Assembly: GCA_013239625.1 (NCBI GenBank)
Contig: MU053487.1
Location: 1,943,058 to 2,007,057 of the forward strand
DNA from: Lama guanicoe
Taxonomy: Eukaryota
Reading direction: 5' to 3'
Length of the DNA stretch: 64,000 nucleotides
Part shown: positions 63,520 through 64,000 of the stretch, in pieces
Layout: each line of letters opens with the position of its first letter
Numbering within the stretch: the stretch's first letter is position 1
Notes under the pieces: generated by a model
Database searches by the model: none
The model's input: the letters and a program-made list of their open reading frames with translations, nothing else
Told to the model about the DNA's origin: nothing
Translations under genes and position numbers: made by a program

Positions 63520-64000
63520 ATGAATTTAGGATCTTTTGGGCCTCACTGATCAGGGTGTCCATTTCTCTCCCCACATTCAGGGAGTTTTTAGCCATCATTG
63601 CTTTAAATATACTTTCTGGCCCTTTCTCCTTCTCTTCTCCTTCTGGGATTTCCATAATGTGAATTTTCATTCTTTTCATTGTGCCCCATAATTTCCATAG
63701 TGTTTCTTTACTCTTTATTTTAATTCTTTTTCCTTTTTGCTCCTCCGGGTAATTTCCAGTGTCCCTTCTCTCTAGGTCATTGATTCTATCTCCTGTGTGG
63801 TCAAGTCTACTTTTGAAAGTCTATGAAATTCTTCAGTTAAGTTATTATGTTTTTCAACTCAAGGATTTGTTTCGTGGTTTTGGTTTGTTTCTTGGTGGTT
63901 GTTGGACTTCTGGCATTGTTTTCTAATTTTGTTTAGTTGCTTGCCTGTTTTCTCGTAGTTCACTAAACTTCCCTAAGAGAATTATTCTGCGTTCTTTGAC
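63520..64000 (-). mobile_element. L1 ORF1 fragment, runs off the window
   Basis: ORF 63452-63679(-) reads KIHIMEIPEGEEKEKGPESIFKAMMAKN...EAQK, matching the ORF1p IIGIPEGEE motif region. Confidence 0.85.

Overview
Eukaryotic, placental-mammal genomic DNA. It is AT-rich, CpG-depleted and dominated by fossil interspersed repeats: L1 of several ages, L2, MIR, MaLR/ERVL/ERV1 LTRs, hAT and Tigger DNA transposons, and microsatellites. I recognise no host protein-coding gene or RNA gene. The ORF track is essentially noise, apart from L1 ORF2/ORF1 remnants and a decayed ERV gag start. The youngest L1 3' ends, together with the absence of Alu, B1/B2, Bov-tA, PRE-1 and Can-SINE, tentatively suggest a camelid or related artiodactyl. 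The most interesting structure is at 39277-39949: an ERV1 3' end (env tail, PPT, U3-R, no U5) flanked by a 16-bp target-site duplication with an L1-endonuclease-type site. It looks like an L1-retrotransposed ERV mRNA and lies about 500 bp from a normally integrated solo LTR of a related family. Other notes: an ERV 5' end with a tRNA-Ile PBS, an A-B-A-X-B microhomology duplication, candidate 48-nt and 9-nt exons, and a MEF2-like motif cluster. Repeat family names come from my recall of consensus sequences and need RepeatMasker/Dfam confirmation. Many boundaries are approximate. I see no convincing novel biological system.
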